The notes under the pieces: model-generated
Database searches by the model: none
What the model was told of the DNA's origin: nothing
Seen by the model: only the letters and a program-made list of their open reading frames with translations
IMG/VR virus record: IMGVR_UViG_3300031953_000287
Location: 1 to 42,732 of that record
Direction: 5' to 3' (one strand)
DNA from: a virus
Taxonomy: Duplodnaviria; Caudoviricetes
Length of the DNA: 42,732 nt
Position numbers and translations under genes: made by a program
Shown here: positions 19,907-27,954 of the stretch, piece by piece
Layout: every line of letters begins with the position of its first letter
Position numbering within the stretch: the first letter of the stretch is position 1

Positions 19907-20031
19907 TCCAACCACTCCTTATGTACTGTAATAGGTAAAACCATCTATAGCATTACTCTTGTCCTTTAGTTTGCTATTATTCGTTTACTTAAGTGAGATT
20001 CCTTATACTCGCCTATTACAATTATGTATAT

Positions 20032-20061
20032 AAAAAAGAAGCCCTATTTATTAAGGCTTCT
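20032..20061 (-). terminator. Intrinsic terminator of cassette 2
   Basis: AGAAGCCTTA..TAGGGCTTCT followed by a T-run. Confidence 0.75.
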
Positions 20062-20178
20062 ATATCTATCTTCTATTAACTGAATTAACTCTTTTGTTAT
20101 ACTCCTATTATCTTCTTTAGCTATTGCTTGGAGTTTATCTTTAAGCTCCTCTGTACATCTTATATTTAAGGTAGCCAT
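20044..20178 (-). CDS. 44-aa Arc-like ribbon-helix-helix protein (cassette 2)
   Basis: MATLNIRCTEELKDKLQAIAKEDNRSITKELIQLI..; TAATG coupling to the upstream gene. Confidence 0.8.
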   Translation of the reverse strand: MATLNIRCTEELKDKLQAIAKEDNRSITKELIQLIEDRYRSLNK

Positions 20179-20387
20179 TATTCTATCCCAAATATTGATG
20201 TTTCTTCTTTGTCTATTGGATATCTTTCATTTACTATATTGACTAACTTTACCGATAATTTAATTAATTTAATTGCATTTTCCATTTCTTCACTATTTTC
20301 TTCTGCTTTAATGTCTCTCGCTATAGCTGATGCGTCCAACACTGTGCTTACTAGTAATCTCATTTCTTTTTCATTTAAATTTGTCAT
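20178..20387 (-). CDS. 69-aa protein ending EETSIFGIE (cassette 2)
   Basis: ORF track; RBS GAGGGGG; own promoter. Confidence 0.75.
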   Translation of the reverse strand: MTNLNEKEMRLLVSTVLDASAIARDIKAEENSEEMENAIKLIKLSVKLVNIVNERYPIDKEETSIFGIE

Positions 20388-20429
20388 TTTAATTCCCCCT
20401 CATGGCTACTGTTTGCAACCTATAAACAT

Positions 20430-20458
20430 ATTGTAATGCATAACACATTACATGTCAA
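20430..20458 (-). promoter_or_regulatory. Sigma-A promoter with overlapping palindromic operator (cassette 2)
   Basis: TTGACA-17-TACAAT; TGTAATG-N7-CATTACA at 20432-20452. Confidence 0.8.
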
Positions 20459-20483
20459 GCGTTTTTATAAATATGTTTTGAAT

Positions 20484-20512
20484 AAAAAAAGTACCTACAT
20501 TGTAAGCACTTT
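20484..20512 (-). terminator. Terminator in the late leader
   Basis: AAAGTGCTTACA-A-TGTAGGTACTTT followed by a T-run. Confidence 0.6.
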
Positions 20513-20617
20513 AATATGGAAATATGTCAGATATAAAGGGATATATCTTGTTAATCTTTAGTAGGTACATCAATTATTAATCATTAGTGATATGTTTTTG
20601 AAACTCTTTACACTAGT

Positions 20618-20662
20618 ATTATAACATGGTTTGTATTGTAATAAACTCACATAAAACTCACA
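20618..20662 (-). promoter_or_regulatory. Putative late promoter with activator direct repeats
   Basis: TGnTATAAT at 20618-20626; TGTGAGTTT twice with 11-bp period (20643-20662); downstream of the late activator gene. Confidence 0.6.
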
Positions 20663-20677
20663 CCTTTTATTACGTCG

Positions 20678-20836
20678 CTATTTTATCTTTGCTAATATTT
20701 TTTTAATTGATTCTTCTTTTTCCTTATTTCTCTTATGATAAGTCCAACCATCACTGGTAATGCCTATTTCAAGTGTATATATTTTTGCTTTTTTCAACGT
20801 TCTCGAAAGATACCAAATTGCCAATTTTTCAAACAT
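20678..20836 (-). CDS. 52-aa hypothetical protein
   Basis: Hand-translated MFEKLAIWYL..AKIK; RBS AAGGAG. Confidence 0.5.
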   Translation of the reverse strand: MFEKLAIWYLSRTLKKAKIYTLEIGITSDGWTYHKRNKEKEESIKKILAKIK

Positions 20837-20848
20837 TTAAATTTTCTC

Positions 20849-20876
20849 CTTTCGCATTATAATCAGATAACGCAAC
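20849..20876. repeat. 28-bp 11-6-11 junction site (dispersed family)
   Basis: CTTTCGCATTA TAATCA GATAACGCAAC. Confidence 0.6.
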
Positions 20877-21308
20877 CTATACCTCTTTTTTATTAATTTT
20901 AGCACTTATATTTTGTATGTACCCTAGTGTGTGGTTTAATTGTGTTGCTATTTCTTGAAGTGATTTCCCTTTTGCTCTAAGATAAGCCACCTTATACTCT
21001 AAATCATCAAATATCTTTAGTTTATCATCAATCAATTTTTCTTCATTCATCATACCCTCTAGTATTGTATTATCTATTAGCATCATGTTTTCAAGTCTAG
21101 TCATAGCTTCTTCAAGTCTACCGTATTCAACTGAACATCCTCCTGGTGGCATATCTGTATAAACCATTGCACGAAGTTCTTTAACAGGAGATACAAACGC
21201 ATTCATTAAGGTAGTGAGCTGTTCTTTCTGTTCATCATGACATTTTAATCTAGTCTTTAGAGCATCTATTTCAAGTATTAATGTCTTATAATTATCTATA
21301 GAATACAT
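20877..21308 (-). CDS. Late transcriptional activator (ArpU/RinA-like, sigma70-r4-type HTH)
   Basis: YTDMPPGG motif; C-terminal GKSLQEIATQLNHT; upstream of terS. Confidence 0.75.
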   Translation of the reverse strand: MYSIDNYKTLILEIDALKTRLKCHDEQKEQLTTLMNAFVSPVKELRAMVYTDMPPGGCSVEYGRLEEAMTRLENMMLIDNTILEGMMNEEKLIDDKLKIFDDLEYKVAYLRAKGKSLQEIATQLNHTLGYIQNISAKINKKEV

Positions 21309-21317
21309 TTTATCCCC

Positions 21318-21512
21318 CTATCTAAATGTTATTACTAAATTCTCAACATAATCTTCTAATCCACATTCCGAACAAACTAATTGCGTTTCTTTGTAATCTT
21401 CATGGAGCAGATAACTTTGACCTTCTATTTTTATATTTGTAACTTCTGTTTTTTTAAAGTTTGTAGAACCACATTTAAAGCAACTTAGTATTAATTCCAT
21501 TTTATCCCCCAT
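21318..21512 (-). CDS. Zinc-ribbon protein
   Basis: CFKCG..CSECG. Confidence 0.55.
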   Translation of the reverse strand: MGDKMELILSCFKCGSTNFKKTEVTNIKIEGQSYLLHEDYKETQLVCSECGLEDYVENLVITFR

Positions 21513-21899
21513 TTTTAATCTTTTTACGTAACTTACATTTAGCTACTGCATAACTAAAAAACTCATTATCCTTTTTCTTTAGTTCCTCGCGGTGTTTCTG
21601 TTCAATTTCTTCCGCCATTATTAAAGCTAGTTCTTTCCAATCTTTCTTTTCTATTGCTTCATCTGCGGTCATACTTACCACTCCTTATTAATAAACAAGT
21701 CATAATGCTACCGATTGTTAGTACAAAAATAGTTAATACCATCTTCATAGTTTTATAACTTTACTAAACTCTTTTCTAGCCTTCGTGTCCATATTCTCTA
21801 GTAATATACCGCAATCTTTGAAACTCATGTCTGTTGCCCTTGTAAGGCTCATTTGTGTTAGTAATCTTTTAATAATGTTCATTGTTTACCCCCCTATTT

Positions 21900-21927
21900 A
21901 TTGCGTACTGTTTTTGAAGTATGCAAT
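21900..21927. repeat. 28-bp 11-6-11 junction site
   Basis: ATTGCGTACTG TTTTTG AAGTATGCAAT (arms 9/11 inverted). Confidence 0.65.
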
Positions 21928-22667
21928 TAACTTGTTAATTTTAATGTTTTGTCATACCACTTTTTATCCATATCATTTACTATAAATTTTCTATTAGTAT
22001 TTTTACAAGCTATTGCAGTAGTTCCTCCACCAACAACACCATCAAATACAATATCACCCTCATTTGTATAGGTTTTAATTAAATATTCAAATATTGAAAT
22101 AGGTTTAGCATTTACGTGACCACCATGGATACACCCATGTTTAAAATAATGTCTTTCTGCTTTCTGTCTTTCTACACCTTTTTTATCTGTATATTTCTCA
22201 TTTTGATTATTGAAAATCCAGTTACTACCTTTCCTGTTCCAAATAAAAAATTCATAAGGTTGCAATGCCATTCGTTGCATATTAAATACAGAAGGATTAG
22301 CTTTCTCCCATATTCCTATTCGTCTACCTCCGTAATCTTTGCCTTTTATAAATGTTTTATATATATTTTCTATATTATTAAGTTGTTGCCATGCACTCCA
22401 AACAATAATACTTCTACTAGGTTTTAGTATCCTATAACATTCCTTAATATAAGTATCTACATCAAATTCTTTATCCCACTCGCCAAAATCCATACAACAA
22501 TAATCACTTTTCCCATCTTTTGCTTGATGTTCCATTATGTTTTTAAAGTTTTGTTTTTTACTTATTAAATATGGTATATCTGTTAAAACAAAATCTACTG
22601 AATTGCTTTCAATTTTTTTAAATAAATCAAATACATTTTCATTGTAAACCATATTGGTTTCAATCAT
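21927..22667 (-). CDS. N6/N4 DNA methyltransferase (beta class), orphan
   Basis: TDIPY..DFGEWDK..HVNAKP..VFDGVVGGGTT. Confidence 0.9.
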   Translation of the reverse strand: MIETNMVYNENVFDLFKKIESNSVDFVLTDIPYLISKKQNFKNIMEHQAKDGKSDYCCMDFGEWDKEFDVDTYIKECYRILKPSRSIIVWSAWQQLNNIENIYKTFIKGKDYGGRRIGIWEKANPSVFNMQRMALQPYEFFIWNRKGSNWIFNNQNEKYTDKKGVERQKAERHYFKHGCIHGGHVNAKPISIFEYLIKTYTNEGDIVFDGVVGGGTTAIACKNTNRKFIVNDMDKKWYDKTLKLTS

Positions 22668-22806
22668 TTTTAATCACCCAATACTTAGGTTTCCATATAT
22701 ATATTTTACCTAAATTAAATTTTGTATTAGTTATATTCCATATCCATTTTTTACAATTTATAATGCCTATAATTTTAATTAATCTCATAAATATTCTCCT
22801 CTCATT

Positions 22807-22834
22807 ACTTCGTCCTTTTCTCATATTACGTAAT
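22807..22834. repeat. 28-bp 11-6-11 junction site
   Basis: ACTTCGTCCTT TTCTCA TATTACGTAAT. Confidence 0.6.
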
Positions 22835-23361
22835 CATTTAGTTCCCCATGCTGAACTCATTTGTTCTAATTCTCTTTTTGTGATAGTCTCTATATCTAAG
22901 TCTTTGGCTTCTTGTACTACTCCGTTTATTAAAGCTGACATTTCTAAATTTGAGTATGTACTACTACCAAAGAAACATTGAATTTGTACTCCTGTCTTTC
23001 CATTTATAGTAACCTCACCTAATTCTCTGACAGTTCGCCATTGTTCTATAACCCTTTGTACTACATTCTCTTTAACTATGATGTGAGTAAATACTCCATA
23101 ACGGTCAAGCACTTGCAGATATAATTCGTCTTTAGTTGTTCTTAATGCTACCGACATTTTGTTGAGCAGTACCCATAAATACGCATTACTATCAAGCGAC
23201 CTTTTAACTCTATACTGTTTAATATCTACAACTAACATTTTACCTTTTGATATTATTTCTTTTAACTCATCTATATTTATATTACCTTTTGCTTTTAAGA
23301 CTATTTCAGCTTCTTTATTTTCGTCATATTGGATTCTTATATTATTAGCTAATATTTTCAT
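22834..23361 (-). CDS. NinB-like recombination protein
   Basis: KRSLDSNAYLWVLL..GSSTYSNLEMSALINGV. Confidence 0.7.
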   Translation of the reverse strand: MKILANNIRIQYDENKEAEIVLKAKGNINIDELKEIISKGKMLVVDIKQYRVKRSLDSNAYLWVLLNKMSVALRTTKDELYLQVLDRYGVFTHIIVKENVVQRVIEQWRTVRELGEVTINGKTGVQIQCFFGSSTYSNLEMSALINGVVQEAKDLDIETITKRELEQMSSAWGTK

Positions 23362-23705
23362 AATATAGGCTCATAATCTTTATATAATTTCATCCAATCG
23401 TTTATTGTCATAGTAACGAGCCATTCCGATCTATCTTTCCTGTGAAATACTGTAGGCAACTCTGTTTCTTTTACATCTGCTTTAGCTTGGCTTATTGCAT
23501 CATATATATTTAGCTTTTCTACTCTTTTACATTCAATGTGTATACCATCTAATCCAACCACATCAGCATCACCATTAGCACCACAGTATTGTTGTCCTCT
23601 CCTAGTTTTGAACCCATATTCTTTTAACTTGCTTGATAATTCCCTTTCACCTCTAGCACCTTTAGCTTTACTATTAACTTTCAATACATCCGCCCCCCTA
23701 AACAT
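23358..23705 (-). CDS. PD-(D/E)XK Holliday junction resolvase-like nuclease
   Basis: SKAKGARGERE..ADVVG..HIECKR. Confidence 0.75.
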   Translation of the reverse strand: MFRGADVLKVNSKAKGARGERELSSKLKEYGFKTRRGQQYCGANGDADVVGLDGIHIECKRVEKLNIYDAISQAKADVKETELPTVFHRKDRSEWLVTMTINDWMKLYKDYEPIL

Positions 23706-24049
23706 CTTCTAATGAGTTGCTCCGAACTATAGCCTAATACATAGTTTGATAATTTCTTTAGTATCAAGTCCATATCTTTATCAGTACACTGTAGATTAGT
23801 CTGTATTTCCTCTCTACTATAAAATTTATTTATAAAAATAGTCTGTAGTCTAGTTTGTAGTTGTTGTTTCAGTTTTATATCTAGTTTCTTGTTACTGTGT
23901 ACTCCATGCGTTCCCCTGTGGCAATCCATACAAAGAGGTACTAGATTAAGTTTAATTGTTTTCATATGCCTAGCTTGGCTTCTAAGAATTACATGATGCC
24001 ATTCAACATATCCACTCTTTCCGCAATTGATACATTCACCGCCACACAT
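23681..24049 (-). CDS. HNH-type nuclease
   Basis: CINCG..EWHHV..LVPLCMDCH..GVH. Confidence 0.75.
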   Translation of the reverse strand: MCGGECINCGKSGYVEWHHVILRSQARHMKTIKLNLVPLCMDCHRGTHGVHSNKKLDIKLKQQLQTRLQTIFINKFYSREEIQTNLQCTDKDMDLILKKLSNYVLGYSSEQLIRRCLGGRMY

Positions 24050-24399
24050 TAGTAGCCTTCTTTTTGTCTGATATGATTAACTAAATTCTTTTTAACATAA
24101 GCCTGTTCTATTTCCTCTACTGTGAATTTCATTGTATTTCCTATGCTAAAGACAAAATGTAGTATGTCAGCATATTCATCAAGTAGACGTTCTTTTGATT
24201 CACTCGGCTTATCTGACCAGTATTTGAAGCACCTTGAAGCATTTGCGAACTCTCCAACCTCTGCGAATAATGCTAATATCCTATCATTTAAAAACATTAT
24301 GTCGTTATGCCTATTTTTATCGTTTGGATTGACTACAATCTTTTCTACAATAACTTTATCTAGTTTATCTTGTAATTTATAAAACTCTTTTAATTCCAT
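24049..24399 (-). CDS. dut: Dimeric dUTPase / MazG-fold nucleotide pyrophosphatase
   Basis: ALFAEVGEFAN..FKYWS..LLDEYADILHF..KKNLVNHIRQKEGY. Confidence 0.85.
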   Translation of the reverse strand: MELKEFYKLQDKLDKVIVEKIVVNPNDKNRHNDIMFLNDRILALFAEVGEFANASRCFKYWSDKPSESKERLLDEYADILHFVFSIGNTMKFTVEEIEQAYVKKNLVNHIRQKEGY

Positions 24400-24409
24400 G
24401 TTATCCCCC

Positions 24410-24985
24410 TTAAATTTCATTACCCCAATTATCCATAAATTTTGCTATCATTCTTAATTCTTCTGCTGTTGAATCTTGTTTGTGTTTATTACATCGCCAA
24501 CATAAAATAGCAACGTTGTTTTTTTCATACCCCTTATTAGAATCAACTCTATCCATAGAGGGAGAATTATCATTAAATTTGTTATCTTCTTTAAATCCAA
24601 TATCCAATTGTTTGTCACAACACTCACATTTAGGATTTTCTGATAATCTGTTCATTAAATATTTAACTGTAAAAAAATCATTATCAAATTTAATGTTCTT
24701 TAATCTTGACCTTTCTACCATACCTTGTCTTAACAACTGGCATCTTACCCTTAATGGTTGTAATTGTTTCCTTTTATTTTCTCTTTTCTTAACTTCTAGA
24801 CCTTCTGTTTCTGCATAACGTATTCTTCTTTTTGTAGCCAATCTTTTACTGTTTTTTGTTTTCCAATCTTTTGAATATTTATTTTGACAACTTTTGCAAA
24901 TCCCTGCGAATCCATCTTTGCAATGTATATTTTTAATAAATTCATCTAATTGCCTGTATTCACTACATTTATTACATTTTTTCAT
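24410..24985 (-). CDS. HNH/His-Me homing endonuclease
   Basis: CNKC..CKSC; SPSMDRVDSNKGYEKNNVAILCWRCNKHK. Confidence 0.8.
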   Translation of the reverse strand: MKKCNKCSEYRQLDEFIKNIHCKDGFAGICKSCQNKYSKDWKTKNSKRLATKRRIRYAETEGLEVKKRENKRKQLQPLRVRCQLLRQGMVERSRLKNIKFDNDFFTVKYLMNRLSENPKCECCDKQLDIGFKEDNKFNDNSPSMDRVDSNKGYEKNNVAILCWRCNKHKQDSTAEELRMIAKFMDNWGNEI

Positions 24986-25024
24986 AATATTCACACCTCA
25001 TTTCTATATAATAATCAAAGTATG

Positions 25025-25636
25025 CTATAAACTATTTTGCTGTGTAATTAATTTAATACTTTTATTAATGTCTTTACCATCTAAATCAAATCCTAATGAA
25101 TCCCAACCTTCAAATTTTTCTCTAGCAAATAATTCTATTTTTCCGTTTGCATTAGCGCTGACTTTTTCTATCATTGTTCTCATTTCAATAGGTTTCTGAC
25201 TATGTTCCCTTCTAGGAGAAATCACAATTGTGTTGCCTTGCTGCCTTTTACCATCTTTGCTTGCATAAGGTATCATTCCTTTTCTGCCAAATAGACACAC
25301 TTCGTCTTGCCCTCTAAAGTATTGTCCTAGTCCTGCATTGTCAAGTTTTAAAACCCCATCTTGCAAAATTTTTCCTTTTACCCATGTAATCTTAGTTATA
25401 TACTTAAACCCCCATGCCTTCATAACTAACAACCCATCTTCTAAAAAATTATTAGTAACCCATAGGTATATATGGCAATTGTCATCTGTTATTTTTGCAA
25501 CTGGTAAGTTAGCAATATCTTTAGTTTTCATTAAAGGATAATGCCTATCTGCCCCTCTTTTTATTTTTCCACCACCTGATTCATTCCAAGGTGGATCTGC
25601 ATATATTATTTGATATTTTTTATTAGGAAATTTCAT
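25025..25636 (-). CDS. MT-A70-family adenine methyltransferase
   Basis: YADPPW..YLWVTN..WGFKY..HSQKP..IELFAR. Confidence 0.92.
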   Translation of the reverse strand: MKFPNKKYQIIYADPPWNESGGGKIKRGADRHYPLMKTKDIANLPVAKITDDNCHIYLWVTNNFLEDGLLVMKAWGFKYITKITWVKGKILQDGVLKLDNAGLGQYFRGQDEVCLFGRKGMIPYASKDGKRQQGNTIVISPRREHSQKPIEMRTMIEKVSANANGKIELFAREKFEGWDSLGFDLDGKDINKSIKLITQQNSL

Positions 25637-25690
25637 TGTTATCCCCCTCCTGTGTATAAAACTGTGCATAACTTAACTTTCCGTTAAACT

Positions 25691-25954
25691 CTAGTCCGAA
25701 AAAACAACCTCTGAACTTCTTAAATCTGTAATACAACATTCACATAGTGCATTGCCTTTATAGTTTGTCATATCCTCTTGAACATCTCCGCATAATGTAC
25801 ATCCACGCTTGTACTTCTTTAAGATAATAGTATCTTTGTCTGTGTATATTTCCATTGGTGTTCCGCTTGGTAAGTCTAATTTATTTCTTAATTCTGCTGC
25901 AATTACAATTCTTCCTAATACATCAATTTTTCTAACAATTCCAGTATCACGCAT
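25691..25954 (-). CDS. abrB: AbrB/SpoVT-family transition-state regulator homologue
   Basis: TGIVRKIDVLGRIVI..ELR..IILKKY plus C-terminal CxxC..CxxC. Confidence 0.88.
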   Translation of the reverse strand: MRDTGIVRKIDVLGRIVIAAELRNKLDLPSGTPMEIYTDKDTIILKKYKRGCTLCGDVQEDMTNYKGNALCECCITDLRSSEVVFSD

Positions 25955-26016
25955 TATTAATTCCCCCTTATTATGTATAAATATAAGTAACAAGATTTAT
26001 ATTTCTTATTACTTAT

Positions 26017-26045
26017 ATTATACCATAATTTAACGTTTAGTTAAA
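26017..26045 (-). promoter_or_regulatory. Promoter of the AbrB-like gene with TTAAC-N5-GTTAA palindrome
   Basis: TTTAAC-17-TATAAT with TGn; palindrome at 26030-26044. Confidence 0.55.
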
Positions 26046-26070
26046 GACTTTCTTAAAATGTTATTTTCTA

Positions 26071-26475
26071 CTAGAACGGAATATCATCCTCTGAAACTTC
26101 TGCAGACTCATTATTAGAATATTCTTCGTTTACGTGTTCACTTGTGGAAATACTTTCACCTTTCTTTTCTAAGAAATTAACTTCATCAGCAATCACTTCC
26201 GTTACATATCTTCTTGTACCGTCCTTAGCTTCATAATTCCTTGTGTTTATACTTCCAGCTAAACTAACTAACTTGCCTTTAGTCATAAAATTAGCCACAT
26301 TTTCTGCTAACTTATTAAAACAAACTATTTGTATAAAATCTGCATCCGGCTGACCTTCTTTTTTAAATCTTTTATTTACTACTAAAGTGAAATTGCAAAT
26401 TCCTACTCCCGTTCCTTGCGCAAATTTAAGTACTGGATCGGCGGTTAATCTCCCAACTAAAACTGTTTTATTAAT
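26071..26475 (-). CDS. ssb: Single-stranded DNA-binding protein, probable ATT start
   Basis: (M)NKTVLVGRLTADP..ADFIQIVCF..DDIPF; AGAGGG 8 nt before ATT. Confidence 0.88.
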   Translation of the reverse strand: MNKTVLVGRLTADPVLKFAQGTGVGICNFTLVVNKRFKKEGQPDADFIQIVCFNKLAENVANFMTKGKLVSLAGSINTRNYEAKDGTRRYVTEVIADEVNFLEKKGESISTSEHVNEEYSNNESAEVSEDDIPF

Positions 26476-26506
26476 GATAATTACCCTCTTTCTTTTTTTA
26501 TTTGTT

Positions 26507-26534
26507 GTTGCGTGTTGTTTTTGAAGTGTGAACT
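26507..26534. repeat. 28-bp 11-6-11 junction site
   Basis: GTTGCGTGTTG TTTTTG AAGTGTGAACT. Confidence 0.55.
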
Positions 26535-26537
26535 AAT

Positions 26538-26666
26538 TTATTTTGGTATTTCTGATCCAACATCTTCAATGTTAGCAAATTCTATTCGTCGTTTTTGTGC
26601 TTCTACATCCTTATAACCTTCGATTAGAGCCAATTCTATATCTTTTGGAATTTTATTCTCCGTCAT
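26538..26666 (-). CDS. 42-aa hypothetical protein between two junction sites
   Basis: RBS AAGGAGG; MTENKIPKDIEL..EIPK. Confidence 0.5.
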   Translation of the reverse strand: MTENKIPKDIELALIEGYKDVEAQKRRIEFANIEDVGSEIPK

Positions 26667-26683
26667 CTTAATTCCTCCTTTCA

Positions 26684-26733
26684 ATGTCGTATTATAATCA
26701 CACATATTGCCTACAGTTTTTGTATTGTGACAG
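26684..26733. repeat. Two overlapping 28-bp junction sites
   Basis: ATGTCGTATTA TAATCA CACATATTGCC and ATTGCCTACAG TTTTTG TATTGTGACAG. Confidence 0.6.
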
Positions 26734-26734
26734 A

Positions 26735-26971
26735 TTATAATGTATTAAAATACTCTTGTTCTTTATAAAATTCATAAATACCAATTATATCGTTTTCGTT
26801 TTTTAATATTTCTACCTGTGATTTATCCATAGCAAATTTTACAACTTTATTGTTTTCATATCCAGTAAACTCAACGCTCCCATCTTTATTATAAGTAGTA
26901 CCATTTAATTTTATTTCACCCTCAACTTGCATAAACGTTCTTATCAAATCAACTTTATATTCAATTAACAT
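26735..26971 (-). CDS. Hypothetical protein
   Basis: ORF track; RBS AGGAGG. Confidence 0.55.
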   Translation of the reverse strand: MLIEYKVDLIRTFMQVEGEIKLNGTTYNKDGSVEFTGYENNKVVKFAMDKSQVEILKNENDIIGIYEFYKEQEYFNTL

Positions 26972-26994
26972 TTTGTTTCCTCCTATCAATTTTT

Positions 26995-27037
26995 AGTTCA
27001 TACTTTTCTCATAGTAACTATTTTTGTATGATGCAAC
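26995..27037. repeat. Compound 28-bp junction sites
   Basis: AGTTCATACTT TTCTCA.. and ..TTTTTG TATGATGCAAC. Confidence 0.5.
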
Positions 27038-27041
27038 TAGA

Positions 27042-27203
27042 CTATTTGTATAATTCAATATTGCTTATTTGATGTGTTGCCCCTTCATATCTTTTATCTT
27101 TCATTTCCTTTTGTATATAATCCCATGCTTTATCCTCTGTTTCACATACTACACAATTAATATCTTTGTTTTCAGCAAAACAATGTAATGTTACTAATAC
27201 CAT
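27042..27203 (-). CDS. 53-aa hypothetical protein
   Basis: RBS AAGGAGG; MVLVTLHCFAENKD.. Confidence 0.5.
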   Translation of the reverse strand: MVLVTLHCFAENKDINCVVCETEDKAWDYIQKEMKDKRYEGATHQISNIELYK

Positions 27204-27227
27204 CGATATTACCTCCTTATATTTTAA

Positions 27228-27527
27228 TTAAAGTACCTCTGTTAATACCCTAAACTCTTTTAACATTTGTCCCTCAAATATACATTCAACTGGTATATTT
27301 AAAAGCTTATCTATCGTTTCTACCTTTGCATCTTCTAATAGCTTTTGCACACCAGTTGCCATTCTAACTAAGCCTTCTGTTGTTCCCTCTGCACCTTTGT
27401 AGTTAGGATTGTAATAGTAATTCGTTCCAACTCCCCAACCCTCTCCACCTAATTCAAGGGTTAATCCAAACATATATTCTCTAAACCCAAATTTTACACT
27501 TTTAATTTTTGCTAATTTCTTTTCCAT
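27228..27527 (-). CDS. Hypothetical phage protein
   Basis: ORF track; RBS AAGGAGG. Confidence 0.6.
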   Translation of the reverse strand: MEKKLAKIKSVKFGFREYMFGLTLELGGEGWGVGTNYYYNPNYKGAEGTTEGLVRMATGVQKLLEDAKVETIDKLLNIPVECIFEGQMLKEFRVLTEVL

Positions 27528-27546
27528 AATTTCCTCCTTAATTTTA

Positions 27547-27574
27547 GTTGCACACTTTACTCATATAGTGCCGC
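27547..27574. repeat. 28-bp 11-6-11 junction site
   Basis: GTTGCACACTT TACTCA TATAGTGCCGC. Confidence 0.45.
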
Positions 27575-27652
27575 TACTCAAATATAATAATGCAGATCGG
27601 CAACACTAAAAACATAATTATAAATATTACATACATTCCTTTATCGCAATCC

Positions 27653-27928
27653 CTATCCATTATTTTCATTTTCTATTTCAATAATAGTCATTAGCGAATA
27701 GTTTGCTAAGTCTCTTAATGTATCAACTATACTTTCGTCACTTACCATTGCTGATTCTTTTATAAGCGTTTTAAATCTATTAAGCTTATCGTCTAGCCTT
27801 ATTGCAGCCATTATAACACCGTAGTCTTTATAGGATTTTCCGAAACTATCACCGTAATCATGATTTTTAGATACATATAATTCTTTTAATTCATCACATA
27901 ATTTTTCATGTTCTTTTATTTTGTTCAT
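27653..27928 (-). CDS. DUF1599 / nucleotide-modification-associated domain protein
   Basis: KNHDYGDSF..IRLDDKLNR..DESIVDTLRDLANY. Confidence 0.85.
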   Translation of the reverse strand: MNKIKEHEKLCDELKELYVSKNHDYGDSFGKSYKDYGVIMAAIRLDDKLNRFKTLIKESAMVSDESIVDTLRDLANYSLMTIIEIENENNG

Positions 27929-27954
27929 TTTAAAACCTCCATATATTTTATTTG

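Noticed and set aside
20005-20032. Sequence with a TTATGTATATA arm resembling the XerD half of dif
   Set aside because: The other arm is poor and the match is plausible by chance in AT-rich DNA
25017-25045. Possible sporulation-sigma promoter (AC-17-CATACTTT) before the HNH gene
   Set aside because: The consensus is too short to support from a single instance
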